Shown: positions 29,889 to 39,032 of the stretch, one piece after another
How positions within the stretch are numbered: position 1 is the first letter of the stretch
Layout of the letters: each line of letters opens with the position of its first letter
Source: Minisyncoccota bacterium
GTDB lineage: Bacteria > Patescibacteriota > Minisyncoccia > Phycocordibacterales > PALSA-1337
Direction of reading: 5' to 3'
DNA: 64,000 nucleotides
Assembly: GCA_017991475.1 (NCBI GenBank)
Contig: JAGOQK010000001.1
Location: 105,689 to 169,688, forward strand
Notes under the pieces: generated by a model
Told to the model about the DNA's origin: nothing
Seen by the model: the letters and a program-made list of their open reading frames with translations, nothing else
Database searches by the model: none
Translations under genes and position numbers: made by a program

Positions 29889-30986
29889 CTATTCGATCTC
29901 AGAAAGCCTACGAAGAGCCGCACCGATCGCTACTGCAAATTCTGGACCTGCTTGGGAGAATTCCTCCGCAAGGAAAGCTGGCGTCTCGAGCTTACCGAAA
30001 GGATCAGCATATACAACATCTGTCTGGAAACTAATCTTAGCAAGATCAGTAAATCCTTTGAGGAGCACTCCTCCGCCAGTCAATATGACTTTGCTTATAT
30101 TCTTGTTGGACTTCTTCTGATAGTTGAGGAGTGTCGCGTTAGCTTCATAGAAAATATAGTCGAGGTTGACGGTGATGATTTCAGTAAGCTCCTTGTACTC
30201 TGGACCGCCCTTGAGACCGTGCGTGCGCTTCAAGGTTTCCGCTTCATTCACGCTGATACTCAAAGACTTGGACAACGCCAAAGTGATATCCTGACTTCCT
30301 TTGTTAATGATATGTGATGCACGCAATATGCCGCGCTCGACGATATAGAGTTTGGTCGATCGGGCACCCATGTCGATAATCATCACTGTGGAGATTCCCT
30401 GATCAACGACCGCGCGAATGGAGCTGAATATCTCAATCTCATAGAAGCTTGGCATCAACCCACTTCCTTGCATGATAGACTGATAATCATTGATGTACTG
30501 ATTGTGTATGGCGACGACGAGCACATCGCTCCCCTGTTTCTCCGGCTTCGCTGCTTCATCATCTGATACATATGCATCCTCCTTTGGAATAACGGACCAA
30601 TCAAGCAAGACTTCATTGAGTGGAACGGGTATATACTTGCGCGCTTCGATGGCAATAACATCGGCCATCTGCTTCTCGGGAACTGGCGGTATAGATACAA
30701 ATGAAATGAGGCTCGAGGATAGCGGGAGAGCTACTCCGCACATGCTCGTCGTGGTCTTGGATTCTCTCAATATATCCTTGATAGCTTCGACGATCTTGTC
30801 CGCAGGAACGCTTGCGGCGCGGCCAACCTCGATGCCCGCATACGGCCCGAGCGCGAGCTCACCATAAGTCTCAAGCACTGCGCGGCCACGCTTCTTCTTG
30901 ATCTGTATGACCTTGATAGCAGATGAGCCGATATCAATGCCTAGGACACTGGAGTCTTTTTTGAAAAATGAGGAAAACATGCCCAT
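29889..30986 (-). CDS. pilM: Type IV pilus assembly ATPase-fold protein PilM
   Basis: Actin-like ATPase fold (LGIDIGSSAIKVIQI). Start trimmed to MGMFSSFFKK; about 365 aa. Confidence 0.8.
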   Translation of the reverse strand: MGMFSSFFKKDSSVLGIDIGSSAIKVIQIKKKRGRAVLETYGELALGPYAGIEVGRAASVPADKIVEAIKDILRESKTTTSMCGVALPLSSSLISFVSIPPVPEKQMADVIAIEARKYIPVPLNEVLLDWSVIPKEDAYVSDDEAAKPEKQGSDVLVVAIHNQYINDYQSIMQGSGLMPSFYEIEIFSSIRAVVDQGISTVMIIDMGARSTKLYIVERGILRASHIINKGSQDITLALSKSLSISVNEAETLKRTHGLKGGPEYKELTEIITVNLDYIFYEANATLLNYQKKSNKNISKVILTGGGVLLKGFTDLAKISFQTDVVYADPFGKLETPAFLAEEFSQAGPEFAVAIGAALRRLSEIE

Positions 30987-30999
30987 AGGAGTATTATAT

Positions 31000-31944
31000 A
31001 TGGAAAAACGTAAAGAAGGAACCTGGCCTACAGAAACATGTACCCACTGCCGCTCGGTATTCACAGACACAATGTGGCGCGATACAATACATCCTATCGG
31101 CATGTTCTCCATCCTCTATCGCACAGTTATAGATGCGCTTTTTCCTCTTTCCTCAGCGGAACAGGAGCTTTTTTTGTTATCACCTAAAGAGGCGTTGCAG
31201 GAATTGAATCGCGCGCCAGACTATTCTGGACTCGCAGTCCCCCTTCCTGGCGCAAGATCAGTGTTTGCATACAAAGATGAGCGAGTTGCGAAACTAGTAT
31301 GGAGTATAAAATACAAGAGGTCTGCTCAGGCGGTAAAAATAGGAGGGTATGCACTATTTCAAGTTCTTGCGAGCGCAGCAGCTAAGGAAAGAGATTTTGA
31401 GGGGGCTTTCGGACCGAGTGTAGACGAGGGAGAACGAGCCGCTGCGTCAGCAGACGCAGACGGCGTACCCCGAACAAATCTACTTTCCTTAGCTGCTGCG
31501 CCTTACAAACAGATCATAGTCATACCTACACCTATCACCGCACAGCGACGACGCGAACGTGGATATAACCAGTGCGAGTTGTTGCTCGATGAATTGGAGA
31601 GATTGGCGAAGGAGCTTATCGATCCGACACTAGAGCCGAATGCAGAACAAAAACATTACATATTCGAGAGAAATCTGCTTATTCGCACACAACATGCGGA
31701 ACGACAGACTCTGAAAGGGCGTGAGGACCGGGTCGAAAGTGCTCAGGGGATTTTTGGGGTAAATGAAAAAGCGATTGGAAGATTGAGGATTGAAATATTG
31801 AAAGATTTGGGAGCGGCAATCGAAAAAATGCCGATCATCATTGTAGATGATGTGATTACAACAGGAAGTACGATGCATGAAGCAATAGAGACGCTTAGAA
31901 AAGCGGGGTTTGAAAATGTAAGAGCACTTTCATTGGCACATTAA
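31000..31944 (+). CDS. comF: ComF-family phosphoribosyltransferase (competence protein ComFC-like)
   Basis: N-terminal CxxC zinc finger (CTHCRSVF) and a C-terminal PRTase motif (IIIVDDVITTGSTM). Start placed at the Met at 31000, which is preceded by AGGAG; divergent from pilM. Confidence 0.7.
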   Translation: MEKRKEGTWPTETCTHCRSVFTDTMWRDTIHPIGMFSILYRTVIDALFPLSSAEQELFLLSPKEALQELNRAPDYSGLAVPLPGARSVFAYKDERVAKLVWSIKYKRSAQAVKIGGYALFQVLASAAAKERDFEGAFGPSVDEGERAAASADADGVPRTNLLSLAAAPYKQIIVIPTPITAQRRRERGYNQCELLLDELERLAKELIDPTLEPNAEQKHYIFERNLLIRTQHAERQTLKGREDRVESAQGIFGVNEKAIGRLRIEILKDLGAAIEKMPIIIVDDVITTGSTMHEAIETLRKAGFENVRALSLAH

Positions 31945-31954
31945 AAAGTTGTAC

Positions 31955-33190
31955 TTACAACTGATCACTGACAACTATTTTTACAAACCTCCTCTTCCCC
32001 ACCTTGAGAATCATCGTCTTTATCGGTTTGAAATTGGCATCAGTAATCTTGGTGTCATCCTCAGTCTTGATACCACCACCTTCGATCAACCTACGCCATT
32101 CGGACTTGGATGGAACAACACCGGCCTTCACGAGCGCATCAGAGAGAGGTTCGTCTGCACCAAGCTTCACTTCCTGAATATCATCGGGGATCCCACCCTT
32201 CGCGAAGGTATTGATGAACGCCTGCTCTGCATCTACCGCAGCCTGCTCACCATGGAATCGCTTCACAATATCGGCTGCAATGCGCGCTTTTGCCTCTCTT
32301 GGCCCGGCGGCCATGAGCCCATCCTTCTCCTCCATCGGAATGCGTGTGCAGTTCAAGAACAATGGCTCGATCATTGGATCTGGAAGCGCCATAAGTGCAC
32401 CGAAAAGGTCATTTGGTGACTGGTCGATGAAGACACCTGTGCCGTTGGACTTGGACATGAGCTCACCTGTCTTGGGATTGGCGATAAGGTTGAGAGCGAC
32501 GACGAGTTTCTCTTTGTCTTTGAGACGCTTCATGAGTGTACGCCCCGCGAGCGCGTTGAATATCTGATCAGTACCACACAGCTCGACATCGACATCCATA
32601 GCGACGCTGTCATAACCCTGCATGAGTGGGTACATGAACTCATGAACATGGATCGGATTGTTCTCCTTGAGACGCTTCTGGAACATATCGCGCTCGAGCA
32701 TCTGTTGGACCGTAAAATTTGAAGCGAGACTGACTACATCAGTGAATGAAAGTTTGGAGAGCCACTCTGAGTTGTACTTGATCTGCGCAGGATTGGTCGC
32801 TGCATCAAAATCCAGAAGCGGCTTCACTTGCTTGACCCAACCAGCCACATTCTTCTTCACATCTTCCGGCGTGAGCTGCTTCCTGGTAGCAGCCTTGTCG
32901 CTTGGGTCACCGATCTGTGCAGTGAAATCGCCAAAAAGTACGATGACCTCATGACCGAGCTGGCGAAGCTCCTCGAGGAACATGAGGTTCTTGGCATGAC
33001 CAAGGTGCAGCGAGGTGAAGGTTGGATCGAAGCCGATATACATGCGGAGTTTGTCTCCCGAGAGGAGTCGTGCGATGAACATGTCGCGTGATGGCAACAC
33101 ATCGGTCACGGTCGCACGAGCGAACAGGGCTTCGAGGCGAGCTTTATCTACGGATGATTTCATGGCTCTATAGTAGCGTGATTTGGGCAA
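31955..33190 (-). CDS. tyrS: Tyrosyl-tRNA synthetase
   Basis: Class I HIGH motif in a TyrRS context (GFDPTFTSLHLGH), KMSKS-type motif (ELMSKSNG), and a C-terminal S4-like region. 411 aa. Confidence 0.75.
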   Translation of the reverse strand: MPKSRYYRAMKSSVDKARLEALFARATVTDVLPSRDMFIARLLSGDKLRMYIGFDPTFTSLHLGHAKNLMFLEELRQLGHEVIVLFGDFTAQIGDPSDKAATRKQLTPEDVKKNVAGWVKQVKPLLDFDAATNPAQIKYNSEWLSKLSFTDVVSLASNFTVQQMLERDMFQKRLKENNPIHVHEFMYPLMQGYDSVAMDVDVELCGTDQIFNALAGRTLMKRLKDKEKLVVALNLIANPKTGELMSKSNGTGVFIDQSPNDLFGALMALPDPMIEPLFLNCTRIPMEEKDGLMAAGPREAKARIAADIVKRFHGEQAAVDAEQAFINTFAKGGIPDDIQEVKLGADEPLSDALVKAGVVPSKSEWRRLIEGGGIKTEDDTKITDANFKPIKTMILKVGKRRFVKIVVSDQL

Positions 33191-33259
33191 AAAGAAAATC
33201 GCCCTTCGACAAGCTTGGGACGATCTTCTTTATCGCCTTGAGGCTAAGCCTTAAGACAT

Positions 33260-33580
33260 CTATGCAGCTGGATTTGAAGTTGAACTAGAAGCCGGAGGAG
33301 TTGTGCTCGAAGCGGGAGGTGTACCGTTATCCTTGAACTTATGCCACTTCCCTACGACGAAGTAGAGGTAGGCGAGCTCAAGAAGGCCAACCGTGTTGAT
33401 GAGAAGAAGAGCGATGAACCACCACTTCTCACTGCGGCGTGCAGCATGCCAGAGCGCATATCCTTTGAGAGCGATGATCACTACAGCGAGCAAGAGGGCG
33501 AGGAGGATGCCAAAACCACCGAGACCGAAGGTGAGCCAAGGCGATGCACCCCATGAATGAGACGAGAAACCATACATCAT
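33260..33580 (-). CDS. Small membrane protein (2 TM segments), function unknown
   Basis: 106 aa with two hydrophobic helices and a Pro/Ser/Thr-rich C-terminal tail. Confidence 0.5.
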   Translation of the reverse strand: MMYGFSSHSWGASPWLTFGLGGFGILLALLLAVVIIALKGYALWHAARRSEKWWFIALLLINTVGLLELAYLYFVVGKWHKFKDNGTPPASSTTPPASSSTSNPAA

Positions 33581-33685
33581 GATAGTAATTTACTTAATAT
33601 TATAATAATTCAACTATACAACTTATTCATGTGTTGTCTAGATGCGTGAAACAGTTCTCTATAGTGGTTCACTAGCTTGGATACA

Positions 33686-33712
33686 CTCTGCGACATAAAA
33701 AGGCGAGCTGGT
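33686..33712 (-). terminator. Intrinsic terminator after the 33733-34014 gene
   Basis: GGCGAG-aaccag-CUCGCC stem followed by a UUUUU run on the minus strand. Confidence 0.55.
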
Positions 33713-33732
33713 TCTCGCCTTGAAACCTCCTC

Positions 33733-34014
33733 TCAAATATTCAATCGAGGATACGGCTGTACTCCAAAAGGAATGCCGTGTTTTTTACGAAATGCGTCCA
33801 TACCTCCGCCGGTTATGTAATGATAGACGCACTCCGCGATCGATGGCGCATGGTCGAACCGAATGCCTGCAAACCATCGATTGTCCGATCCAACGATTTC
33901 TTGCTCCATCGAACCCCGTTGTTCAGGTTCGAGAGGTAACACACTCAATGCATTGACAATATCCATAAGTGAATCTCCTGCTCTCATTCTATACCCACCG
34001 TGCTTTTGACGCAT
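33733..34014 (-). CDS. Hypothetical protein
   Basis: 93-aa ORF followed by a terminator. No motif recognised. Confidence 0.4.
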   Translation of the reverse strand: MRQKHGGYRMRAGDSLMDIVNALSVLPLEPEQRGSMEQEIVGSDNRWFAGIRFDHAPSIAECVYHYITGGGMDAFRKKHGIPFGVQPYPRLNI

Positions 34015-34054
34015 CTAGTGCCTGTGCATAATTTGGAAATTTACCCGTTCGTTG

Positions 34055-34141
34055 CGGAGAGAGTGGGATTCGAACCCACGGTTCTCTTGCGAGAACGGCG
34101 GTTTAGTAAACCGCTGCCTTAAACCACTCAGCCATCTCTCC
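34055..34141 (-). tRNA. tRNA-Ser, type II (long variable arm), apparent anticodon ACU
   Basis: Acceptor GGAGAGA/TCTCTCC, discriminator G73, anticodon arm GCGGT-TTACTAA-ACCGC, 19-nt variable arm, T-arm GTGGG-TTCGAAT-CCCAC. Confidence 0.7.
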
Positions 34142-34226
34142 GGATAGTGTGAATCATAACCGAACATACTGAGTTGCGCCAGTTTTTGATAAATACGACA
34201 TTTTATGCAAGAATGGCAAAGCAACT

Positions 34227-34313
34227 GGAGACGTGGTGGAGTGGTCTAACATACCTCTTTGCTAAAGAGGCAGGCCTTAACGGGCCTCGAGGGTTCGAAT
34301 CCCTCCGTCTCCG
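34227..34313 (+). tRNA. tRNA-Ser (anticodon GCU), type II
   Basis: Acceptor GGAGACG/CGTCTCC, anticodon arm CCTCT-TTGCTAA-AGAGG, long variable arm, T-loop TTCGAAT, discriminator G. Confidence 0.8.
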
Positions 34314-34384
34314 CAACACCGTTTGCTCAGCCTGAGATGTGCGCTATGATATCACCATACTAGCCTAGATAACCTCATATCATC

Positions 34385-35062
34385 ATGCTCAAAACTACAA
34401 TTGCTTTGATCGTCGTTATCGTCCTCGCTGGCGGAGCATTCCTCTATGCCACTCGCCCTGCAGCAGCACCTTCACAAGATATCAACTCTGCAACAAACTC
34501 CGATACGGCCGTCACCGCAACTGCTTCAAGTACTACATATCGCATCTCGCAGGCCAGTTCCACGATCGAATTTACTATTGGCGAGATACTCAATGACAAA
34601 CCAAAAACAGTTGTCGGTATCACTGACCAAGTAGCTGGAGACATCATGATATCTGGCAACACTGTTTCGTTTGGCACACTGGCCGTCAACGCGCGCACCT
34701 TCAAGACAGATAGCGAGAAGCGCGACGGTGCCATCGCCCGATTCATCCTCAAATCTGAAGATGCTGGCAATGAATTCATGACACTCAAGCCCGACCATGA
34801 TGTACACATAGAATTTAGTCTTCCCTCAGATCTTCCTCTTGTTTCAAGCATTACCGGAAATCTCACTATTGGAGGAGTAACAAAATCTGTGATGTTTGAA
34901 ACGCGTATGAAAATAGGAAAAGATATCATCACTGGCACCGCCACGACCAAGCTCAAGCGCGCTGATTTCAATCTCAAGATACCCGAGGTCAAATCCGTTG
35001 CCAGTGTTGATGAGGAATTCACGGTAACCGCAACCATCACTGCAAACAAAATCACCAATTAG
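34385..35062 (+). CDS. YceI-like periplasmic protein (polyisoprenoid-binding family)
   Basis: N-terminal TM/signal segment and YceI-family sequence features (YRISQASSTIEFTIGEIL...VVGITDQVAG). Confidence 0.65.
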   Translation: MLKTTIALIVVIVLAGGAFLYATRPAAAPSQDINSATNSDTAVTATASSTTYRISQASSTIEFTIGEILNDKPKTVVGITDQVAGDIMISGNTVSFGTLAVNARTFKTDSEKRDGAIARFILKSEDAGNEFMTLKPDHDVHIEFSLPSDLPLVSSITGNLTIGGVTKSVMFETRMKIGKDIITGTATTKLKRADFNLKIPEVKSVASVDEEFTVTATITANKITN

Positions 35063-35088
35063 TTTAAGCCTCCCCCCTCGTAGTCTCC

Positions 35089-35646
35089 ATGGAAATCTCT
35101 GAACTATTCTTCTCACTCAAACCATACATTGTCGCTGTTCATGCGGCAAGCGCGATAGCAGGCATGGGCGCAGCACTGACATCCGATATCATGTTTAGCT
35201 TCTATAGTCGTGACCGCATATTCGATGAGCGCGAGCAACGCGTATTCGAAAATCTATCACGAATCATATGGATATCTCTCATTGCTATCATCATCACAGG
35301 TGCAGCCCTATTCCTTTCTGATCCAGTCGTATATAGTGCCTCGACCAAATTTTTGGTGAAAATGACCATCGTACTCGCACTCACTTTGAATGGAATTGTA
35401 CTTTCACGCTGGATACAGCCACATATCGCACAAGAGGGATTCCTAACTTCAAGCACTCAGCGTCACGCGCGTCGCATCGCATTCGCCTGTGGAGCGATCT
35501 CACTCACCTCATGGAGCTTGGCTTTCATCCTCGGCATGATCGACTCCATCCCCCTCTCATACACTGGAGCCATCATTTCATACCTCGGTCTCATCGGCAT
35601 CGCGGCATTCTGCGCAATCTTGATCGAGCATCATTCGTTTGAGTAG
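35089..35646 (+). CDS. Hypothetical polytopic membrane protein
   Basis: 185-aa ORF with 4-5 predicted TM helices. Confidence 0.5.
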   Translation: MEISELFFSLKPYIVAVHAASAIAGMGAALTSDIMFSFYSRDRIFDEREQRVFENLSRIIWISLIAIIITGAALFLSDPVVYSASTKFLVKMTIVLALTLNGIVLSRWIQPHIAQEGFLTSSTQRHARRIAFACGAISLTSWSLAFILGMIDSIPLSYTGAIISYLGLIGIAAFCAILIEHHSFE

Positions 35647-35728
35647 TGACTAGTACTGATGCCTTTAGCTCTGATACCTTTGCCTGATCCCCTGGTCGGC
35701 CAACCCTTTTTACAGTACCATAGCGCCC

Positions 35729-36583
35729 ATGGATAGATTCATTCGAATAGTCTGGAAACATTACGCCGCTCACAAGCGTGACATGCCCTGGCGCGCCGAC
35801 ACGAGGCCATACTATGTCGTCGTTTCCGAAATCATGCTCCAGCAGACCCAAGTCGATCGCGTCATGCGCAAGTTCGACTCATTCATCGCCCGCTTCCCTG
35901 ATTGGCAGACCCTCGCGCAAGCATCAACTAGAGATGTTTTACAGGAATGGTCCGGACTCGGCTACAACAGGCGCGCACTCTATCTAAAAAAAATTGCAGA
36001 GATCATCACTGATAATGGAAAACCCTCGGGAACATTGCCCCAAACTTATGACGAGCTCCGTAAATTGCCCGGCATCGGTCCGAATACCGCCGGCTCCATT
36101 CTTGCCTTTGCCTACAATATTCCCCACCCCTTCATCGAAACCAACATTCGCTCGGTGTTCATTCATTTTTTCTTCTCTGAGATCGAGAAGCGCGAAGGTA
36201 AGAAAGCCTGCAAAAAGATTTCCGATGAACAGATCATGCCTTTTATCGAGAAAGCATTGAGTGATCCGAGAAACGCCAAGAATCCGCGCGAGTGGCACTA
36301 TGCGCTCATGGATTATGGCGCGCTCCTGAAGAAAACCCTGCCCAACCCTTCTCGTAGAAGTGCTCATCATGTGACGCAGAAACCATTCAAGGGATCAAAT
36401 CGAGAACTCCGATCGAGAATATTGAAACTTGTGATGGAGAAACCAGTGAAAACCACGGAAATCTTTGCACATTTCAAAAAAAGAAAGAGTAACCAAGAAA
36501 AAATTCACAAAAATATTGATGACCTCATAAATGAAGGGTTCATCACTCAGAAAAGTAACGGCATTTTGGTCATTGTATCTTGA
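35729..36583 (+). CDS. HhH-GPD base-excision DNA glycosylase, MutY-like (A/G-specific adenine glycosylase family)
   Basis: MutY N-terminal signature (KRDMPWRADTRPYYVVVSEIMLQQTQV) and HhH-GPD motif (LRKLPGIGPNTAGSI). 284 aa; lacks the C-terminal NUDIX domain. Confidence 0.7.
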   Translation: MDRFIRIVWKHYAAHKRDMPWRADTRPYYVVVSEIMLQQTQVDRVMRKFDSFIARFPDWQTLAQASTRDVLQEWSGLGYNRRALYLKKIAEIITDNGKPSGTLPQTYDELRKLPGIGPNTAGSILAFAYNIPHPFIETNIRSVFIHFFFSEIEKREGKKACKKISDEQIMPFIEKALSDPRNAKNPREWHYALMDYGALLKKTLPNPSRRSAHHVTQKPFKGSNRELRSRILKLVMEKPVKTTEIFAHFKKRKSNQEKIHKNIDDLINEGFITQKSNGILVIVS

Positions 36584-36681
36584 TTATTGGTTATTTTTTG
36601 GGAATTAGTGCTTTTATTTGGAATTTGTTTTGTAATTAGGTCAATTAGAAATTAGATCGATTTCTCTGGTATCATACTCCC

Positions 36682-39018
36682 ATGCCTCTCTCTCCTGACA
36701 TCCCCGTCTCAGAACACTTCCGCATCACGCCGATACAGAAAGATGCTCTCAAAAAGCTTGGGATTCATACCGTCGAAGACCTGCTCTACCATTTCCCTGC
36801 ACGCTATGGCGATACCGCAGAAGCACGCAGTATCGACTCACTCAGGAAGGGAGATACGGTAGCGATTTACGGAAAAATCACCGGTCTGAAAGCGAGCAAA
36901 GGGTTCAAGACGCGCATCACCATGGCGACCGCGACCGTCGAGGACGAGACCGGCTCCATCCAGTGCGTCTGGTTCAATCAGCCCTACATCGCCAAGATGA
37001 CTCCCGAAGGCGCACTCGTCCGCATCGAGGGGAAAGTCAGCCAGAGGAGAAGTAAGGAAAAGGATGTTATCAGTAAGGAGACTGTACTAATACCTCCCGA
37101 GCTTTCCGGAACCGAGCCCGCCGTAGATATGGGTGAAGGGGCCTTGCGAGGCTCGACGGAGCGAGCACGAGGAATTTCCCAGCAGGGAAATATCCGTGCC
37201 CCTGAATCCATATCTACGGCGGGCGAAGGTTCCGGAAAGCTCTATTTCTCTAACCCCAAACTCGAGATCGTCGACAAACTCCCCATCGGCGTCGGCGACT
37301 CACTGTTCGGCGCAGAAGCGGAGTCACACACCCTCTATCCAGTCTACCCAGAATCTCGCGGCATCAGCTCGCTCTGGCTTTATCACTCACTCCAAAAGCT
37401 TTTCAAGGGTGGCATTCTCGATTTACTTGAAGATCCAATTCCCGAGGATATCTTGAAGAAGTACAATCTACCAGGTATCAAAACTGCACTGATCTGGATT
37501 CATTCTCCTGCAAAGAATGATGATGCAATAGCTGCGCGCAAGCGTTTTTCATTCCAAGAAATATTCACGATACAGCTCGGTCGCCAACAAGCACGCAAGC
37601 TCTATGAACAATACCCATCATTCGCGCTTGAGACCGATATGCGCCATGTCGAAGAATTCATCCGACGATTCCCTTTTGAGGCGACCGACGCACAGAAGCG
37701 CGCAATCGAAACTATTATTTCAGACATGTCTGGCGAGAAGCCGATGTCACGCCTCCTTGAAGGTGATGTCGGATCAGGAAAAACTGCCGTTGCAGCTGCT
37801 ACGGCATACGCCGTAATGAGTGCCCGTTTGCAAATCGCCTATATGTGCCCCACTGAAATACTTGCGGTGCAACATTTCGAATCCTTCATCCAGTATTTCT
37901 CGTATATGCCCGTGCGTATCGCCCTCATCACGGGATCTGGCTGTCGCGTATTCCCGTCCAAAGTCAATCCAAAAAGTTGGACGGATATCTCTCGTTCCCA
38001 ACTCCTCACCTGGGTCGCCGACGGATCGATTGCGGCCATCATCGGAACTCAGGCGCTCATCCAGAAGTCAGTAAAGTTCAAGAAACTCGCATATGCGATC
38101 ATCGATGAGCAACATCGTTTCGGCATCGGCCAACGCAAGCGTCTCGTACAGAAGAACGCCGGATTGCCCAATGCACTAGCTCCCCACCTCCTCTCCATGA
38201 CCGCCACCCCGATACCTCGAACACTCGCACTCACCATCTATGGCGATCTAGATCTTACCGTCATAGATCAGAGCCCTGCAGGACGCAAACCTATCATCAC
38301 CGAGCTCGTCCTCCCCGACAAGCGTGATGCGACCTATGACAAGGTACGCCGCGAGCTCGCCGACGGGCGTCAGCTCTATGTCATCTGTCCCCGCATCGAT
38401 GAACCCGATCCTGACAAAGAGGCCGCTATCATAGCCAAATCCGTCAAAGAAGAAGCGAAGAGGCTCAAGCGATTAGTTTTTCCTCAGTATGAAGTCGGCG
38501 TCCTACACGGCAAAATGAAACCTACAGAGAAGGATGCAACTATGGCGGATTTCAAATCGGGTAAAATACAAATTCTGTGCGCAACTTCAGTCGTGGAGGT
38601 TGGCGTCAATGTACCCAATGCGACCGTTATCATCATCGAAGGAGCCGAACGATTTGGTCTCGCCCAGCTCCACCAGCTCCGTGGGCGCGTCATGAGAAGC
38701 AGTCATCAGGCATACTGCTACGCTTTCACAGACACAAGCTCCGCGAAGTCCGTCGAACGACTCAACGCGCTCGTCACTGCCAAAAATGGGTTCGAACTCG
38801 CTGAGCTCGATCTTGCCCAGCGCGGCGCCGGCGAACTCTCTGGACTTCGCCAGTGGGGAGTCTCCGATGTCGCCATGGAAGCTCTCAAGAACATAAAGAT
38901 GGTGGAAGCGGCGCGCACAGAAGCGACACGGCTCATCGCGCAGGATTCAACGCTTGAAAAATATCCTCTCCTGAAGAGAATGGTCGACCTGTCATCACAA
39001 CTCAATCATTTCGAATAG
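36682..39018 (+). CDS. recG: ATP-dependent DNA helicase RecG
   Basis: Wedge domain, helicase motif I (GDVGSGKT), DEQH box (IIDEQHRFG), TATPIPRTLA, motif VI (QLRGRVMRS). 778 aa. Confidence 0.9.
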   Translation: MPLSPDIPVSEHFRITPIQKDALKKLGIHTVEDLLYHFPARYGDTAEARSIDSLRKGDTVAIYGKITGLKASKGFKTRITMATATVEDETGSIQCVWFNQPYIAKMTPEGALVRIEGKVSQRRSKEKDVISKETVLIPPELSGTEPAVDMGEGALRGSTERARGISQQGNIRAPESISTAGEGSGKLYFSNPKLEIVDKLPIGVGDSLFGAEAESHTLYPVYPESRGISSLWLYHSLQKLFKGGILDLLEDPIPEDILKKYNLPGIKTALIWIHSPAKNDDAIAARKRFSFQEIFTIQLGRQQARKLYEQYPSFALETDMRHVEEFIRRFPFEATDAQKRAIETIISDMSGEKPMSRLLEGDVGSGKTAVAAATAYAVMSARLQIAYMCPTEILAVQHFESFIQYFSYMPVRIALITGSGCRVFPSKVNPKSWTDISRSQLLTWVADGSIAAIIGTQALIQKSVKFKKLAYAIIDEQHRFGIGQRKRLVQKNAGLPNALAPHLLSMTATPIPRTLALTIYGDLDLTVIDQSPAGRKPIITELVLPDKRDATYDKVRRELADGRQLYVICPRIDEPDPDKEAAIIAKSVKEEAKRLKRLVFPQYEVGVLHGKMKPTEKDATMADFKSGKIQILCATSVVEVGVNVPNATVIIIEGAERFGLAQLHQLRGRVMRSSHQAYCYAFTDTSSAKSVERLNALVTAKNGFELAELDLAQRGAGELSGLRQWGVSDVAMEALKNIKMVEAARTEATRLIAQDSTLEKYPLLKRMVDLSSQLNHFE

Positions 39019-39032
39019 GGAGAGTAGTAGTT

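Noticed and set aside
34444-35058. 204-aa minus-strand ORF
   Set aside because: It is antisense to the YceI-like gene, which has a signal/TM segment and family features. The minus frame is low-complexity with no start context.
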